64,000 nt of DNA. Source: the human T2T-CHM13v2.0 reference genome, Homo sapiens. Location: NCBI RefSeq assembly GCF_009914755.1, contig NC_060942.1; one strand, given 5' to 3'. A model generated the notes under the pieces. That model did not search any database. It worked only from the letters and a program-made list of their open reading frames with translations, and had not been told where the DNA came from. Shown here piece by piece: positions 47,405-62,559 of this stretch; the stretch's first letter is position 1; the number at the start of each line of letters is the position of its first letter. Position numbers and translations under genes: made by a program.

Positions 47405-48269
47405 TCCAGGGTGTATTATTTTTAAATAAGACATACCTATATTTAGTAATTCCACATTACAAAGATCACACTTCTAACTTTTCCCCCAATTACCTTTTAA
47501 AGAGCAAACTATTTGTGGCACTTCTAACAGTGTTGACATGGAGTAAGGTACCTAAACTCAGAACGTTTTCCCGAGGATGCAACAACATAGAGACGAAGTT
47601 TTAGCCTAAGCCATGTCACCAATGAGCTATGTGGCCTTGGCAAATTCTTTTCTCTCTCACTTCAGCTTTCCCATTTATAATCTATGCAGTCGGACCAGAT
47701 GCTCTGTAATGCTCTTTCCAGTTCTGAATTTTTACTAGTCTATGATTTTTAAAAAATATAAGCCATAGAGATTCAAATATCTTAAGAAAGCTAGCATTTT
47801 AGAAGGTCAGAATTGGAATTCAAAATGCCTTTGAAAGAAAGGAGAACTGGTCATGAAATGAAGGGCATTCCAAAAGTATGAGTGCAAAAAAGAGCTAACC
47901 CAGGGAGATTCCTTAACAATCACACCATTTGCTCTAGCTGATCGGGAAGATTACATTTTAATCACTACTGCTTTCTACTTGCCTCCACTGGCAGGAGAAA
48001 ACAGCAAATAAAATATGGTGCTTAATAAGCAAAATGCCTACTTGGGAAAGATTCTTAGTGTCATTTTATCGGAGTATCATTTACTTATTTATATCTTTTA
48101 TTGTTCTAGAATATTAGTCTGAAAGCAGCTTGAGATTCCCCTGTAGAACAGAGAAAAAATTTGTCTCAATGATATAAAGTGATGCTTTTAAAAAATAAAG
48201 TAACGATCTCTTGTAAGCAGAATCGGTGCCAAGTTTTCCAAAAGATATATTTGGTAATAAAAATTTTTA

Positions 48270-48580
<311 letters not shown>

Positions 48581-49509
48581 AAATGGCAGAGAGATGTTGG
48601 AAGGAAGTAGTGTCATGTTTACACCCAGACCTAATGGGTCATGTGTCCTGTTGATAGGCATGCTCCAGGCCTAGCAGTTTGCCAGAAACACTCCTCCTGG
48701 ACCTAGGTGACATCTGGCATTCACTGGGATCTTTGTCCTCAGAAGATATAGACCAATTCTCTTCTGGCTGTTGGGCTGTCCAGTTCTTAGTTACATTCGT
48801 CCTATTTGGACCAATAGTGCCTGCAGCTGAACTGCCAGACCTGGTATTAGCACAGGAGATTTGTTTCTTGGAATATTTTGGAGAGGATAGTGGTTGATGA
48901 AACTTCCTGCTTAGGAGCAGATGGGTGAGAAGATATCAGTGAAAGCTTAGATTAAGAAGCAGGCATTTGAATGAGCCCTAAAGACAGCAGTGAACAATCA
49001 TCCTCCTCAGTATTTTACTGCATTGAGCTATTCTTTATAATTTTCACACTGTAAAGGAGACATCTGTGTTCTTGGAGATATATCTTAAAATAAAAACCAA
49101 CAAGAGTACAAAACAAACCAACTTTTAAAAGATCAACCTGACTGGGAAGAAAAGTTTCCTATAAAAATGGAAATGCATTAGAAAACCATTGTAACTTGTA
49201 TTCAGATAGCGCCTTATGCATATGAAGCCATCATTTATGAGATCTCAGAACTCCAAAGACTTTACGAACAATCATGACCCTTGTAAGGTCCAGAGGAAGC
49301 AGAAGGGAAAGCCAATGCCATCTTTTGCAAAGAAGGAACACACGGAGGCAGCAATATTTAGATTAGTTGCTCAAGTTCAAACAACCTAGTTGATTTAAAA
49401 GTTAGAAGCAAAATATTCCAGGATCTAAACTTACATCCTCCTATCTTAGATGTCTGGGGCAATCTGGTGGCGCCTGACCCACTAGGGCTTAGACTCTGAA
49501 AACAGGCCT

Positions 49510-49814
49510 CTTTTTTCTTTTTTTTTTTTTTTTTGAGATGGAGTCTCACTCTGTCACCAAGGCTGGAGTGCAATGGCTTGCTCGGCTCACTGCAACCTCC
49601 GCCTCCTGGATTCAAGCGATTTTCCTGCCTCAGCCTCCTGAGTGAGTAGCTAGGATTACAGGTGTGCGCCACCAAGCCCGGCTAATTTTTGTATTTTTAG
49701 TAGAGATGGGATTTCACTGTGTTAGCCAGGCTGGTCTCGAACTCCTGGCCTCAGGTGATCCACCCACCTCGGCCTCCCAAAGTGCTAGGATTACAGGCGT
49801 GAGCCACAACAGCC
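49510..49814 (-). mobile_element. AluS
   Basis: TSD gaaaacaggcct (49498-49509 / 49819-49830). Confidence 0.92.
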
Positions 49815-51199
49815 AGCAGAAAACAGGCCTTTCATTTACCTGTGGCAGCAGACGGCACTGCACTAGAGCATTCCTGCCCAAGGAAGTGAAATGGGCGGCA
49901 GAATTTCTTTGGTATTGTTAAGAGCCCAGCTTAATTTCATTAGATGTTTTTTTAAAGCAAAAGACACAGTATATAATGCCAAGACAATGACAGGGGCTGG
50001 GAGAACACAGCGGATAAATGCAATTTTGTCTGAGAAGAAAAGGGGTCAGGGTCAGGGAAGCAGGAAAGGGACAGACAGCAGCTCCAAAGAGGCCAAGAAG
50101 TGAGAAGAAAGGGAAGGGGAGCAGGAAGTGAGGAAAGGACAGTGGTGTGGGAGGGAGTGAGAAAGAAACTGATGGAAAGGAAAATATAGGAGATGAGAAA
50201 GAGACAGGAAGACAGGGGTGTGTGTTGGGAAGGAGGGATCAGACTAGTTTTACCTCCTCATTTTCTTGACCACTTGTTTACATACATATTCAGGAGGTTG
50301 CTAATGCCTGTGTGCTTCCCTGTAGATCTTGTTTATCCCATGGGAGGAACTTACTGGATCCCTCTGCAAGTGGGCCCTTTTGTATGAGAGAAGTTTGGAA
50401 GAAAAGTTTAAAGGGTCCTCCAGGTCCTGCAGTTTGCTTCAGTCCTCCCGCCAACCAATCTGAAAGATCCCTCTCTGTAGGGCTTCCTTCTGAAGATCCT
50501 GGGGCTGAAGCCTGATTTTTAGAGAATCAGGTAGATCTTTGGCCCTGATGGAATGTTCACCACTAAATGAGCTCACAGATAAATGGTTATAGCAAGTAGA
50601 ATGGAAGATCACAGGCATCAGTTGAAAGCCTGCAGATGCAATCAGAATAAAATCAGGTGGTGAGTACCATCCAATTACTTTTCCTATCAACTCCCCACAG
50701 TACTTCATGAAATCCTTTTTTATTTTTGGTACTTGGTAGAAAATGAATAAACAGTACTGATGATGACAAAGCAAGCTGATAAGGCTCTAGAATGGAGTGC
50801 TCTGATCTCTTTCCAGTAAGTGACCTCAGTAGTGATTTGTCCCTCAGGACAGTGGGCATCAAATGCTTTTTGATTTGTTACCTACCCATCCCAAATGTCA
50901 ATTAAAAGAAAAAACAAACCCCACAATTTCATGTTGTTAATAGGCACACATGTCAAGTAAAGGAAAATCAAACACTCACAAGTTGATAGAGATTTTGTGG
51001 AAATAAAGTAAACACATAATACTTCCCAGGACAGAAACACTGATGCAGTCACCCTGCACAGTAAAAACTCCAGTAACCAGGGGGAGCTAGGCAGCCTGTG
51101 CTCACTGAGGAATCTCTGGGTTATCAGCCCACACTCTGAGAAGCGGGACATTAGGAGTGCTGGTAGTACTGAAGTTTTAAAAAATGACAAGAAGGCAGC

Positions 51200-51878
<679 letters not shown>

Positions 51879-52313
51879 GCGGCCAAACACCTCTGTGGGG
51901 CTGACTCTGGATTCCTGCAGCTACAAGAGACAGACTCAGAGTGGGTGGGGTGGGGTCCCCCCAAGTCCCCCAACCAGGGCAAAGTGTTTTCAAAAATGAA
52001 ATATGGTACTCAGAATCACCCTAGGAAATAAGTCTACCTGCAGGCTCTGCAGGGGTAGGAACTGTGTTTTGTTTGCTGTACCCCCCCATCTCTAGCACAG
52101 AGCAAGACACTCAGTAGGCACGAAATAAACATTAATATGGAATTCCAGAAGAGAATTTAAAAGGTGGGTGCATCGTAGCTCCCCATCTTTCACCTTCCTT
52201 CACATAAACTTTTTCTTCTCTCCAATAACTATATGAAATATTAGAAAACACTTTAGTATGGAGAATAAAAGCAGAAAGGGAAACAAACTAATTTGAAAAA
52301 TGCAAAGCTATAA

Positions 52314-52573
52314 TTTTTTTTTTTTTGAGACAGAGTCTCACTCTGTTGCCCAGGCTGGGTCTGCCTCCTGGGTTCAAGCGATTCTCCTGCCTCAGCCTCC
52401 TGAGTAGCTGGACTACAGGTGCGCACCACCATGCCTGGCTAAATTTTGTATTTTTAGTAGAGACGGGGTTTCACCACATTGGTCAGGCTGGTCTTGAACT
52501 CCTGACCTTGTGATCTGCCCACCTTGGCCTCCCAAAGTGCTGGGATTACAGGCGTGAGCCATGGCGCCCAGCC
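52314..52573 (-). mobile_element. AluS with an internal deletion
   Basis: TSD aaagctataattttt. Confidence 0.9.
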
Positions 52574-52699
52574 AAAGCTATAATTTTTCATGAAGGTTTT
52601 CAAAAGTTTGCAAATGATTATTAAAGATTTAATGATTATTTTTAAGGGATACTTACAAAATGCCAGTCTACACATGTTGCTCACACACCATCCTTACTC

Positions 52700-52851
52700 C
52701 TTTTTTCTTTTTTTAAAATTAAAACAAAATTTTGTAGAGATGGGTTCTTGCTATGTTGTCCAGGCTGGTCTCAAACTCCTGGCCTCAAGTGATCCTCCCA
52801 CTTCAGCCTCCCAAAGTGTTAGGATTACAGGCATGAGCTACTGCACCAGCC
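52700..52851 (-). mobile_element. Alu left monomer (FLAM-like)
   Basis: Single antisense monomer; flanks catccttac / catccttat. Confidence 0.82.
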
Positions 52852-55699
52852 ATCCTTATCTCCTTATCCCCTCTGTTTTCCGGTGATTCTGAACTTACTG
52901 TGAAATCCCAATACACTTTATACTGCACAGGACACTGTGCTATACAAAGTAAACTTTGTAAGTATTATAAATGTAAACTTTACAAGTATTATCTTTTCTG
53001 CTGAGGGATAATGTATACTAATGAACTTCTGAAGTTACTAATTACAAGAATAATATGTGGTAAATTCATTATTTTTCCTGCTTTTATTATATTCTCAAAG
53101 CTTTTTAAATACAAATTCTATCTCAATTAAGACATGGTAAAAGAAAATTTGCCCGACTTTTACATTTACGCTTAAATCTCACAAGTGATGATTTTCACCT
53201 GTATTCAGAAATGCCTGACTTTAATGATGGTCTTAGATAGTCACTGCTTAAAGAATCCTCATGTAAATGAAAAAGTGCCCTCAGAAGTACAGAACATAAC
53301 TCCTTCCTGTTTGTCTAATCTCCATGGCAAATATGCAAAAGATGAGACTCTGGTATGTGAGTGATACTAAAATATTAACCTCTTGTTCCTAAGTCAGTCC
53401 AGTATCTTATGGAAAAATGTTTTGTCGAGACAAATTAAAAAATATTCTAAGTTATTTGAAAATGCTCTGGTCTTCTAATGCAAATCCTAAACTAGAAGTA
53501 ATGAAATGAAGTTAATAATAACGACACTTAACGTTCTGGCCTGTTTATCACCATTTAGAGGCAATGACCTGATATTAACCGTCAATCAACCATTTATATA
53601 AACTAAGACTCAAAATAAATTCCATCACTGGAATTATTTCATCTGCCAATAACATACTTGATATCCTGTTTCATGTACTCGGACTGTGGGTATTAAAATG
53701 TTAAACAAATTAAGCAGTGATTACCACCTCTCTCTCTAAAGATATATTCAGTTGTACTAATATAATTCAGTTGGACAAGAATAAAGAGAAAGACGGGAGG
53801 AGGTAAGAAATTAGCATATTTGAAATGTAAAAAATAATCATGGAGAGGGACTGTGGCTGCTCTAGGTAAAAGTCTATATATTCGGAGCCAATTGCTGCCA
53901 TTTGTTGCTCTTAATTTAAAAATCTGTAAGAAAGCGTCAAAATCAATTCAGTTCAGTCTTAATGAGACAGCTCTAGCGAGAGCCTATTCACTGTACCTGT
54001 TCTAATTAGCATGAATATGTCCTCAATGTCAAATCTCACAATACACTTAACTAAATTAATGTTAATCCCGTAACACAGGACTATATTTGAGTTAGTAGCT
54101 CTAAAATAGATTTTGCATATTAGCATTTTGATAATGAATAGCAAATGAATTCAGGGCTGGAAAAGATCTGGTTCATGATCATTTCTGAGAAAAGGGAAAC
54201 TGAGGCTCAGGGTGACTGGGTGGCTTGCTCAGGGCCACAGCTGAGAAGCACCTGGTAAGCACAGTGACCAGCTTCCACACACACATGTGCTGGCTATTTT
54301 CTTTCTGCCATCTCCCCAGAGAGAACTGGAGCCTGCATAACCATGTAAAACTAAATGGAAGTCAGACGATAGCCCCCTAAATTATTGATGACTAACAGTA
54401 TTTGTCAAGACTCTACAACAGAAGACCTCAGGTACCCCCACAGAGGTTATTAAGTATAATCCTTGCTTTTTAATTGCCACTTAAGCTGAAATTACTACCT
54501 CTTCAAGATTTATACGAAGACAATTTAGAGATTTAGTTTGAGGTGGATGTCGACACATGCTAATTGACCTTAATTCACACATATTTCTGAAGTGATGTGA
54601 AAGATAAGGGATGAGGAAATTTGACACATTAGAACTCCCTAAAACCCCCCAAATTAAAAATAACTGCTAAAAAGACGGTGTCAGCTGACCCCACATTTTA
54701 GCTTTAAAATGTTTACTATGTCCCAAACAAGAGGCTGGAAAATTATTAGCTTTCAATTTATGCCTCCAAACTCCTCCTCCAGCTTGCCTGGAGATACTGA
54801 GATAGTAAGAAGAGTCCTCACTTTGAACTGGCATGACATTAAAATATCTCAGCGTTGGGCTGGCATCTCCCTGTTTTAATTTCCTAAAGGCTGGAAGTTC
54901 AGAGAGCTGAGCTCCTGGCTCCTGCACACACCTGCTGCCCAAAGTCGCTAAGCCTTCTCATGCTGTAAAAAGGAGGCAGCAGAACCCCACTGGTGGGGTG
55001 CCCACACCTGTTCATTGTGGAACCTTTTCTTTTCAGAGGAAAGCTTACATTTTAGCTGCAGATACAAACCAGAAGGCAAAGCTGCTGGGGGAGTGGGAGT
55101 GAAGGACAGGGACAGGCCAAGTCCTCCCTGGAGATGGGGGGAACCTCAGGGCCCTGAAGGGTGGAGCGCTGGCCTGGATCATCACAGAGGGGCTTTGGCT
55201 GTGACAGCCTGCGAGTCTGCTAATCACAATAATGCCAGGTGGCATTTAGGGGTGCCCACTGTGTGTTAGGCACCATTCTCAACCCTTGACATCACTATCT
55301 CATTTAATCTTTACAGTGGACTTGTGACACTTCACTAAAAACACCACTATGGGCATATGCCAATATTCTTAAACGCTCTTTTGCAAAAGCTCAAAATCTC
55401 TCAGTTCAACCCATTTTCCAGGTAGCAGTCATCAAAGACTTAAAAAAAATATTCCCTAAGAAACTGCCTCTTTTATAAATGGAGAAAAGAACACTTACTT
55501 CACAGGGCTGTCTGGGGATTTAATGAGGGTATGAGGTGTCTCCTACAGGGCTACGGGCACAGTAAGAAAACAATAAATTTTTCCTTAAAGATCTATCAAG
55601 ATTGTGCCCCAGGAGCTACAAAATTCTAAAGGCTGGATTTATAGTTATTAAACTTCTATACTCGATTCCTGTGGACTCACAGTCCACATTAAAAGAAGA

Positions 55700-56000
55700 G
55701 AAAAGCAGAAAGGTCAGCACAAAAATATAGGCTGTATGATTTCATTTACATGAAACTCTAGAAAAGGTACAGCTACAACTAATCTCCAGTGGCAGGAAGC
55801 AGAGCAGTGGCTGCCTGCCGGCTGGGACATGGGAGGGGAGCTGCTGGGGAAGGAGCAGGAGGAAACTTTCTAACCTGACGAAAACGGTCTATACCTTAAT
55901 TGGGGCAGTGTTATTTGTCAAAATTCACTAAACTGTACACTTAAAAACAGATGCACTTTGTTGTATATGAACCATACCTCAATAAAGGTGACTGGAAAAA
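55700..56000 (+). mobile_element. L1ME 3' fragment
   Basis: ctgtatgatttcatttacatgaaactctagaaaagg...tttgtcaaaattcactaaactgtacacttaaaa...tacctcaataaag. Confidence 0.75.
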
Positions 56001-56103
56001 AAAAGTAGTTCTAAGGAAAAAGAAGCAAGCACAAAATTTCACAACTGGATGCTTAGCCAAATTCCTCTTGCACGTTCTTCCAGGGACTGACAGACTACAC
56101 TCA

Positions 56104-56568
56104 TGTTGTGAGTTGAACTGTGTCCTCCAAACACTCATATGTTGAAGTTCTAACCCAGTACCTCAAAATGTGACCTCACTTGGAAATAGGGTTGCTGCAG
56201 AAGTAATCAGTTACAAGGAGGTCATACAAGAATAGGGTGGGCCCCAAGCCAGTGATTGGCATCCTTATAGAAAGGGGAAACTTGGATACAGACAAACGCA
56301 CGGGGAACATGCCACGTGAGCTTCAAGGCAGAGATCGATCGGTTGATGTGTCTACAAGCCAAGGAACACCAAAGATTGCCAGCAACCCACGAGCAGCTAG
56401 GAAGAATCATGAAACAGATTCCTCCGCACAGCCCTCAGATGGAACCAACCACGCCGACGACCTTGATCTCAGACTTCCGGCCTTCAGAACTGTGAGACAA
56501 TCCATTTCTGTTGTGTAAACCACTCAGTTTGTAGTACTTTGTTATGGTGGTCCTAGGAAAATAATATA
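56104..56568 (+). mobile_element. MLT1C-like solo LTR
   Basis: tgttgtgagttgaactgtgtcc...caagccaaggaacaccaaagattgccagca...ccttcagaactgtgagacaat...cctaggaaaataatata. Confidence 0.85.
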
Positions 56569-56724
56569 ATCTGGTACACGTGTTTTACTCCAGCTACATA
56601 GGATTAGACACTTCAACCAACTGTAACTTTCTCAGGTTTAATCAAATCTTGACGGTACCTCTTTGTGGACCATGCCCATTACCATCCTCTTCTGAACAGC
56701 GAATCTGCTTGGAGCTCATGAACT

Positions 56725-56930
56725 AATAATAAAAAGTTAGTATTTTCTGAGCACTGACTATGTGCCAGGCTCTGTGTCAAGTGCTGTGTGCGAGTCAGCT
56801 TATTTACCCTCTTCAATGACCATGAAACAGGAATAAATATCATTTTCTGATATAGAAACTGAGGCTTACAGAGGGTTCAGTAATTTGGTCAAGTCACAAA
56901 GCTAGTAACTAGCTGAGACCTAAACTAGAT
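56725..56930 (-). mobile_element. MIR
   Basis: gagcactgactatgtgccaggc...gaaactgaggcttacagagggttcagtaatttggtcaagtcaca. Confidence 0.75.
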
Positions 56931-57513
56931 TTTAAACATCTCCCACGGTGCCTTGTATACTGCTCCATGAATCTGGAAGTATTACTGTTAGCTGACAGCC
57001 ATGGGGTAACTTTTGGAGTTTGTGAATTAGAGTTAAAATTATTTTAAATAGAGATATATTTTTTTAAAGTTACTCAAAAATTACATTTTTTTTTCCATGG
57101 TGATGTTGTAGATTTGCGTTTCCCAAAGTGTTATGAGAAACCGTGGCGCTAGATATTACCAAGTGGAGGCAGGGGACGATTAACGATCAAGTAGATTTGG
57201 GAAACACTGAGTTAAACAGGCTTCTTTATATAGGGCTTCCAAGAGGACGGCACTGTTTGCCAAGCTTCCCTGACCCTGGAACTCTATTTCTTTAGATACC
57301 TATTGAAGGGTCGGTGTTCCCTCTACTTTGGGGGAAACTCTGTTGCAGATAGTGACTTACTTTCTGCATGAAATTGTCGTGGGATTTGGCTTATTTTGAG
57401 GCTCAATTTCTACATTTATAAAACGTAGATAATAGTCCTCCCCCGGCCACCCAAAAGAGTTATTGTAGGGATCAAATAAGATATATGTGAGAAGCACATT
57501 AAAATCTGAAAAA

Positions 57514-57670
57514 AGCTGAGTGTGGTGGCTCAAGCCTGTAATTCCAGCTACTCAGGAGGCTGAGGCAGAAGGATCACTTGAGCCCAGGTGTTCAAGGCCA
57601 GCTGGGACAACACAGCGAGATCCTCTCTCAAACAAATAATAAAATTAAAAAATTTAAAACAAAAAAATAA
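57514..57670 (+). mobile_element. Alu monomer (FLAM/FAM-like)
   Basis: Single monomer with an A-rich tail. Confidence 0.8.
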
Positions 57671-59714
57671 AATCCAAACCATCATAACACCTAAGGTAAG
57701 CCTTGTGTGGTTTTCTGAGAATCTTACTATCTAACACAGTTTTTGAGTCTGGAAAAATAGTGGTGGGGAGCCTCCCATAATCTATTGTTGATTCCTCTTT
57801 CCTAAATTAAGAAAAGCTTCAAGCAGCTTGGGAAATGCAATTTGTGAAACAACAATTAATGTTTAGGAGATCAAACTCTGGCTGGTGCCGGAATGATGAC
57901 CTGGATTCTGGGGTCTGAGCACACTCACTGCTGGCCAACGGGGCTTCAAGCAGAGAACAGACTCGAATCTGCAGTCTCAGAACGGCTCAGCAGTCATTGA
58001 GCAGGATTTGGAGACTGCAGCAGTCACACTGGAGACAATGTAGGGGACAAGAGGGAATGAATTCATAAACTTCTCAATTATTATCTTGGTATCTTCTAAT
58101 GCAAATACCTTGAGCCCATCATTGAAAAGATGCATCCTACCCATAACAACTGGATTAGGATCTAGACCTCACCAGGCACACATTGCCTGCTTTCCAGCAG
58201 GGGTAGGGGGATGCCTGTTGCTAGGAACAGCTCCCAGGACCACATCCACCCTTACTTATGGGCCAAGGTGAAGGCGCCAAGGAGCATGCAAGACAGCGCT
58301 CACAGGCTCCATCACTATCCAGCTTTAGTGAGACAGAGAAAGAGACAAGACTCCCAAAACTTCCCCTAATACAGACAAAATGAGAAAATTCAAGGTCTGT
58401 TTTATTTCGAAACACTCTGTCTTTACAGATAGAATTAGCTCACTTTAACTGTATGTATTATTTATACTTTTTCCTGTAGGAATGATCTGCATTATTTACA
58501 TGAGCCCCCAAAGTCACTCAGGCTCAGGAATCAGTATCCCAATGATATTATTCATTCTGTATTGTTCTTTTTTCAATATTGTTCAATTTTTCCCTAACCT
58601 TTAAGGAGCTGCCATACACCCAAACATTTAAGAAAGCTCTACCTTTCAAAACCCATATGTGGTATGTACATATATGTTTGAATGTGCATATGATATCTCT
58701 GGAAGAATCCACAAGAAAATGTTAACAGTGGCTGTCTCTAAAGAGGAAAATGGGGGATTGGCAGTCAGAAATAGGAGGCAGAGTCATTTTTCATGGTATA
58801 TTTTTAAATTTTAACATGTACATGTGTTAAATTTTAAGACATTTTTTAATTTAAAAAAAAATCTAAAGGCACAAACCGCATATGCTCTTCTGGAGTCATT
58901 TGTTAGAGGCACGACTTTTAGTTCTCCTTTTACAAAATGCCTTGATCTCACTGTTTATATGTACTGCCTGGATGAACTCCACCCAGAAAGGACCTCTGGA
59001 AAGAATGCTGAATATCAAAAAAGTTCATTTCCCTAAAAAAAACTCTCTCATAGAAAACCCAGCCAATACTAACTGCCAATCCCCAACACCTTCCTTTGAT
59101 GAGGGCAGGGCAGAATGATCCAAACAGCAACTTTAAAAATCTTGGTTTCTTTTGCACGTGCAACTCTCTTTTTCTATCAGTATGGACTTTCCAGAAGGCC
59201 TTAGGGGTTAGCAGGAAGCTCCATTGTGCTAAGAGGGTGCAGACACACTCTGGTGAGGTAGGGCCACTAGTGTCCCCACAGATCAAATCTAGTTTAGAGA
59301 TACTAAAGTAACCACATGACAAACTGCAACAATGCATGTGCTCTGATCTGCTGGCGGAACAAATCTGCTTCATTTCCAGGGCTGAATTCAGGGATGTGAT
59401 TACCTTTTGTGAGCCAATATTCAATAATTCCCCACAGCCTCCAGTGAGGTCCAACTAACTGCTCCACCTCACCCCCTTCTCTGCAGCCAAGTCAAACTGA
59501 ACTAACTTGGTGTTTCCCAAAGATTTTCCAAAACCTTTGCGTGAGCTGATCCCTCTGCCCAGGATGCTCTCCTATGGTCAGCCTCTTCCTGCCTTGGCAA
59601 TTTCTTTCCCAAAGCCCACATCTAAGCAGCCCTACTCCCCTGATAACCAACTGTCATGTCCCCTTGTTTTCATTTTCTGTAGATACATTTACATTTACTA
59701 CTATATAATATTTC

Positions 59715-59891
59715 CTCCCTCCCTGCCTGGCTTCCTTCCTTCCTTGAGACAGGGTGTTGCTCTGTCACCCAGGCTGGAGTGCAGTGACATGATCATAGCT
59801 CACTGTAAACTTGAACTTGTGGGCTCATATGATCCTCCCGCTTCAGCCTCTCAAAGTGATAGGATCACAGACATGAGCCACTGTGCTCAGC
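59715..59891 (-). mobile_element. Internally deleted (arm-fused) Alu within an L2 relic (about 59470-60040)
   Basis: Right-arm 3' end joined directly to a left-arm 5' end. Confidence 0.75.
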
Positions 59892-61498
59892 ATATTTTCT
59901 TAATGTTACCTATTTCCCCTTTCTGTCCATCTCATTCCCCCTAGGATATAAGCTCTTGAGAGGGCAGGGCGCTTGTCATCTTGTGGCCGGCTATCATTTC
60001 CAGAGCCTACACAGCCCCTGTAGTAGGTGTTTAGTGAAGAGTAGTTCAGAGAGAGACATACAAATTATTCAGACAGTTTACCAGATCCTATGTTTCTGGA
60101 GGCAGGTGGCCAGTCTTTAAGAGCATTTTCTTCTGGGTTGAAAAAAAAAATCCAGGGTGGCACAAAATTGTGAGTTAAATGTGAGAAAAGAGACCAGTGA
60201 AGAAGCAGCCCTCTCCGAGGAAAGCCGGTGTGTTGGTTATGCATTTCTGGAGATTTGGGGAGCAGCAGGAGGAGGGAAACCATGCTGCCCATGCACAATG
60301 AACCTCCCTGGGCCTCAAGGAATTCATGAAATTCAAGAAATCTGCGGGATTCCTTCCAGCTCTTGGAGGCTGTGATCTAGACCCGGATTCGCACATAGAG
60401 GACCTCGTGCCCCTGCAGAGCTGCAGGATTATTTGGGGTGGCACGCGATGACCATTTTACGGCTTCTAAATAGTCCTACATGTGTTTGAACAGGTATTAG
60501 AAAATATAACTAGCACATCAAACCTGGGATTTCGTGGTGACTGTCACTTGAGATGAGGCTGGAATAGCCAAGAGAAAGATGCTAGGGAAATAGAAATATG
60601 GCAAAATCAGAAAGAGCAAAAGTCAAGCCCAAGGCACACGGAAAGGGGTTCCTCTGCTCCGCTGCCTCCTTCAGCACATCCAGAGGGATGCTGGAGACCC
60701 AGGAGGGGCTCAGTCAACACTTGAAAATGCTGAGCCAATCCCACTTGAGAAAAGATAAAGAAAAGAAAAAGACTAGGAAATGGAGAACATGTGTGGATTA
60801 AAAGCAGCTTATCTCTGAGGGAGCCTTTCCCTGAAGAACTGGTATTTTCAGTCCCATTTATCTTACATTTTGGGTTTTTTTTTTTTTTTTGTCTCCAACA
60901 ACTTTCAAACCACAAAATATACAATGACCAGTTTCCCTAGGATTAAAGCAACCTATTTTCTGTAAAATGTAGTGATGCGTAAACAGTGGAGCTGTGAGCA
61001 CTAATGCTTTAACCCCTTAATTCCCAAACTACCTGTTTTTAACTTCCCTGCCCTCTGCCTGGGACATTATCATCAGCAACTTAAAAAGCCAAAGCTTCTC
61101 CTCCTTGGCTCTTTAGGGACAGAAATTTACTCTCCAGTGCCAGGAAGGGCCATACACATCCTCACGGACTGGCCCTCTGCAAGGTGGGAGGTCAGGGTCA
61201 AGGACAGGTCTGCCTGCCAGAGGAGGGAAAAAAGCTTCTGCTGAAATGGGAACTACAGAGAGCTTTAAAAGGGGAGGGAGAGCAACTAACAGAAGAATAA
61301 AGCTAGCATTTGATGCAGAAGACAATTGAATGACTTACTGCTTTAGTGTCCTAATTCCATGTCAGTGACTGAATTTTTCTTTTGTGTACTCAAACCAAAA
61401 CAAAGCTATTATTAAGGTTGTGTCAAGATCTTCAAACAGGTGAGGCTGAAAAACACATTTTTATGTTTATGTGAAAGAGGGCTACTGCAAAAAAAAAA

Positions 61499-61860
61499 GG
61501 GGGGGGGGGCGTGGGAGGGATGACGAGGTGGAACATAGAGGACTTTTAGGGCAGTAAAACTATTCTATACGATACCATAATGGCAGAGACATGTCACTAT
61601 ACGTTTGTCCAAATCCATAAAATGTACAACACTAAGATGAACCCTTCTGTAAAGTATGGACCTTGAGTGATAATAGTGTGTCAATGTTTCAGCAATTGCA
61701 GCAAATGTACCACGCTGTTTCTAGATGTCAATCTTGTGGTAAATTGTGCCTTTTTGGGGGCAGGAGGTTTATGGGAACTCTACATAATTTTTGTTCAATT
61801 TTGCTGTGAACCTAAAACTGCTCTGACAAATGTTATTAAGGAAAAATAAATAAGAGAAAA
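61499..61860 (+). mobile_element. L1MC 3' end
   Basis: aggtggaacatagaggacttttagggcagtaaaactattct...ttttgctgtgaacctaaaactgctct. Confidence 0.82.
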
Positions 61861-62559
61861 AAAATAATTGTTTCAAATCCAGTAATTTTTTTCCAGAAAA
61901 AGCCAGCAAATAGTAGCCTAGCTCTTCCCTGATGAGCATCTAGTCTACTCAGGCCCAACTCAGCCTGAAATCTAGAAACTCTCTCTGCATACAGGCACTG
62001 CACTTAAAATCAATTAAAGTAATGCTAACAAGAGCCTATTTTAATCCCAGAAACACCAGACCCAGCATGTTGCACAGAATGGAACTCATTGGTTCTCTCT
62101 GTGGTCTGAGAAATATTTCTAGACGGTGCTCTTATTTTATTAGCTTTTCTTTCAGTACTATAGGCCCCTACCTTGAACTTGATCCTCAGCTTTTGTCTCC
62201 TACTCAAAGTAAAAAGGATGCTGGAGTTCATCTGGTTGAATGAGGAACAGCCTTTAATGGGGAGCCAGGATCCTTTCTGTGGGAGTACAGTGGGCCCCAT
62301 GTGAGGAGGATGGTCCCAGGATGGTGGGGGGAAGGTGAGACCACAGCAACAGCTGAACGTGGGTCAATCTTTTCCTTCTGAGTTTAAAGTCTATAAAAAG
62401 TTAATAAAACAATCTAAAGCCAATCACTCCACCTGTCCTCAGGATCCTGCCATGCCTATACTCCGCCATCTCTCTTGCTCTTTCTAAACAGGTTCAGGTC
62501 CTCTCTCTTTTTAAAAACGTACGGGATCCACCTATCATCTCCTCTAGAGCCCTGCCTTC

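Noticed and set aside
50040-50240. Purine-rich tract as a triplex (H-DNA) element
   Set aside because: Interrupted by pyrimidines and lacks clear mirror symmetry.
52949-52992. 24-bp imperfect tandem duplication (gtaaactttgtaagtattat / gtaaactttacaagtattat); similar short duplications near 11820 and 15020-15125
   Set aside because: Ordinary slippage-type duplications with two or three copies and no spacer array, so not CRISPR-like.
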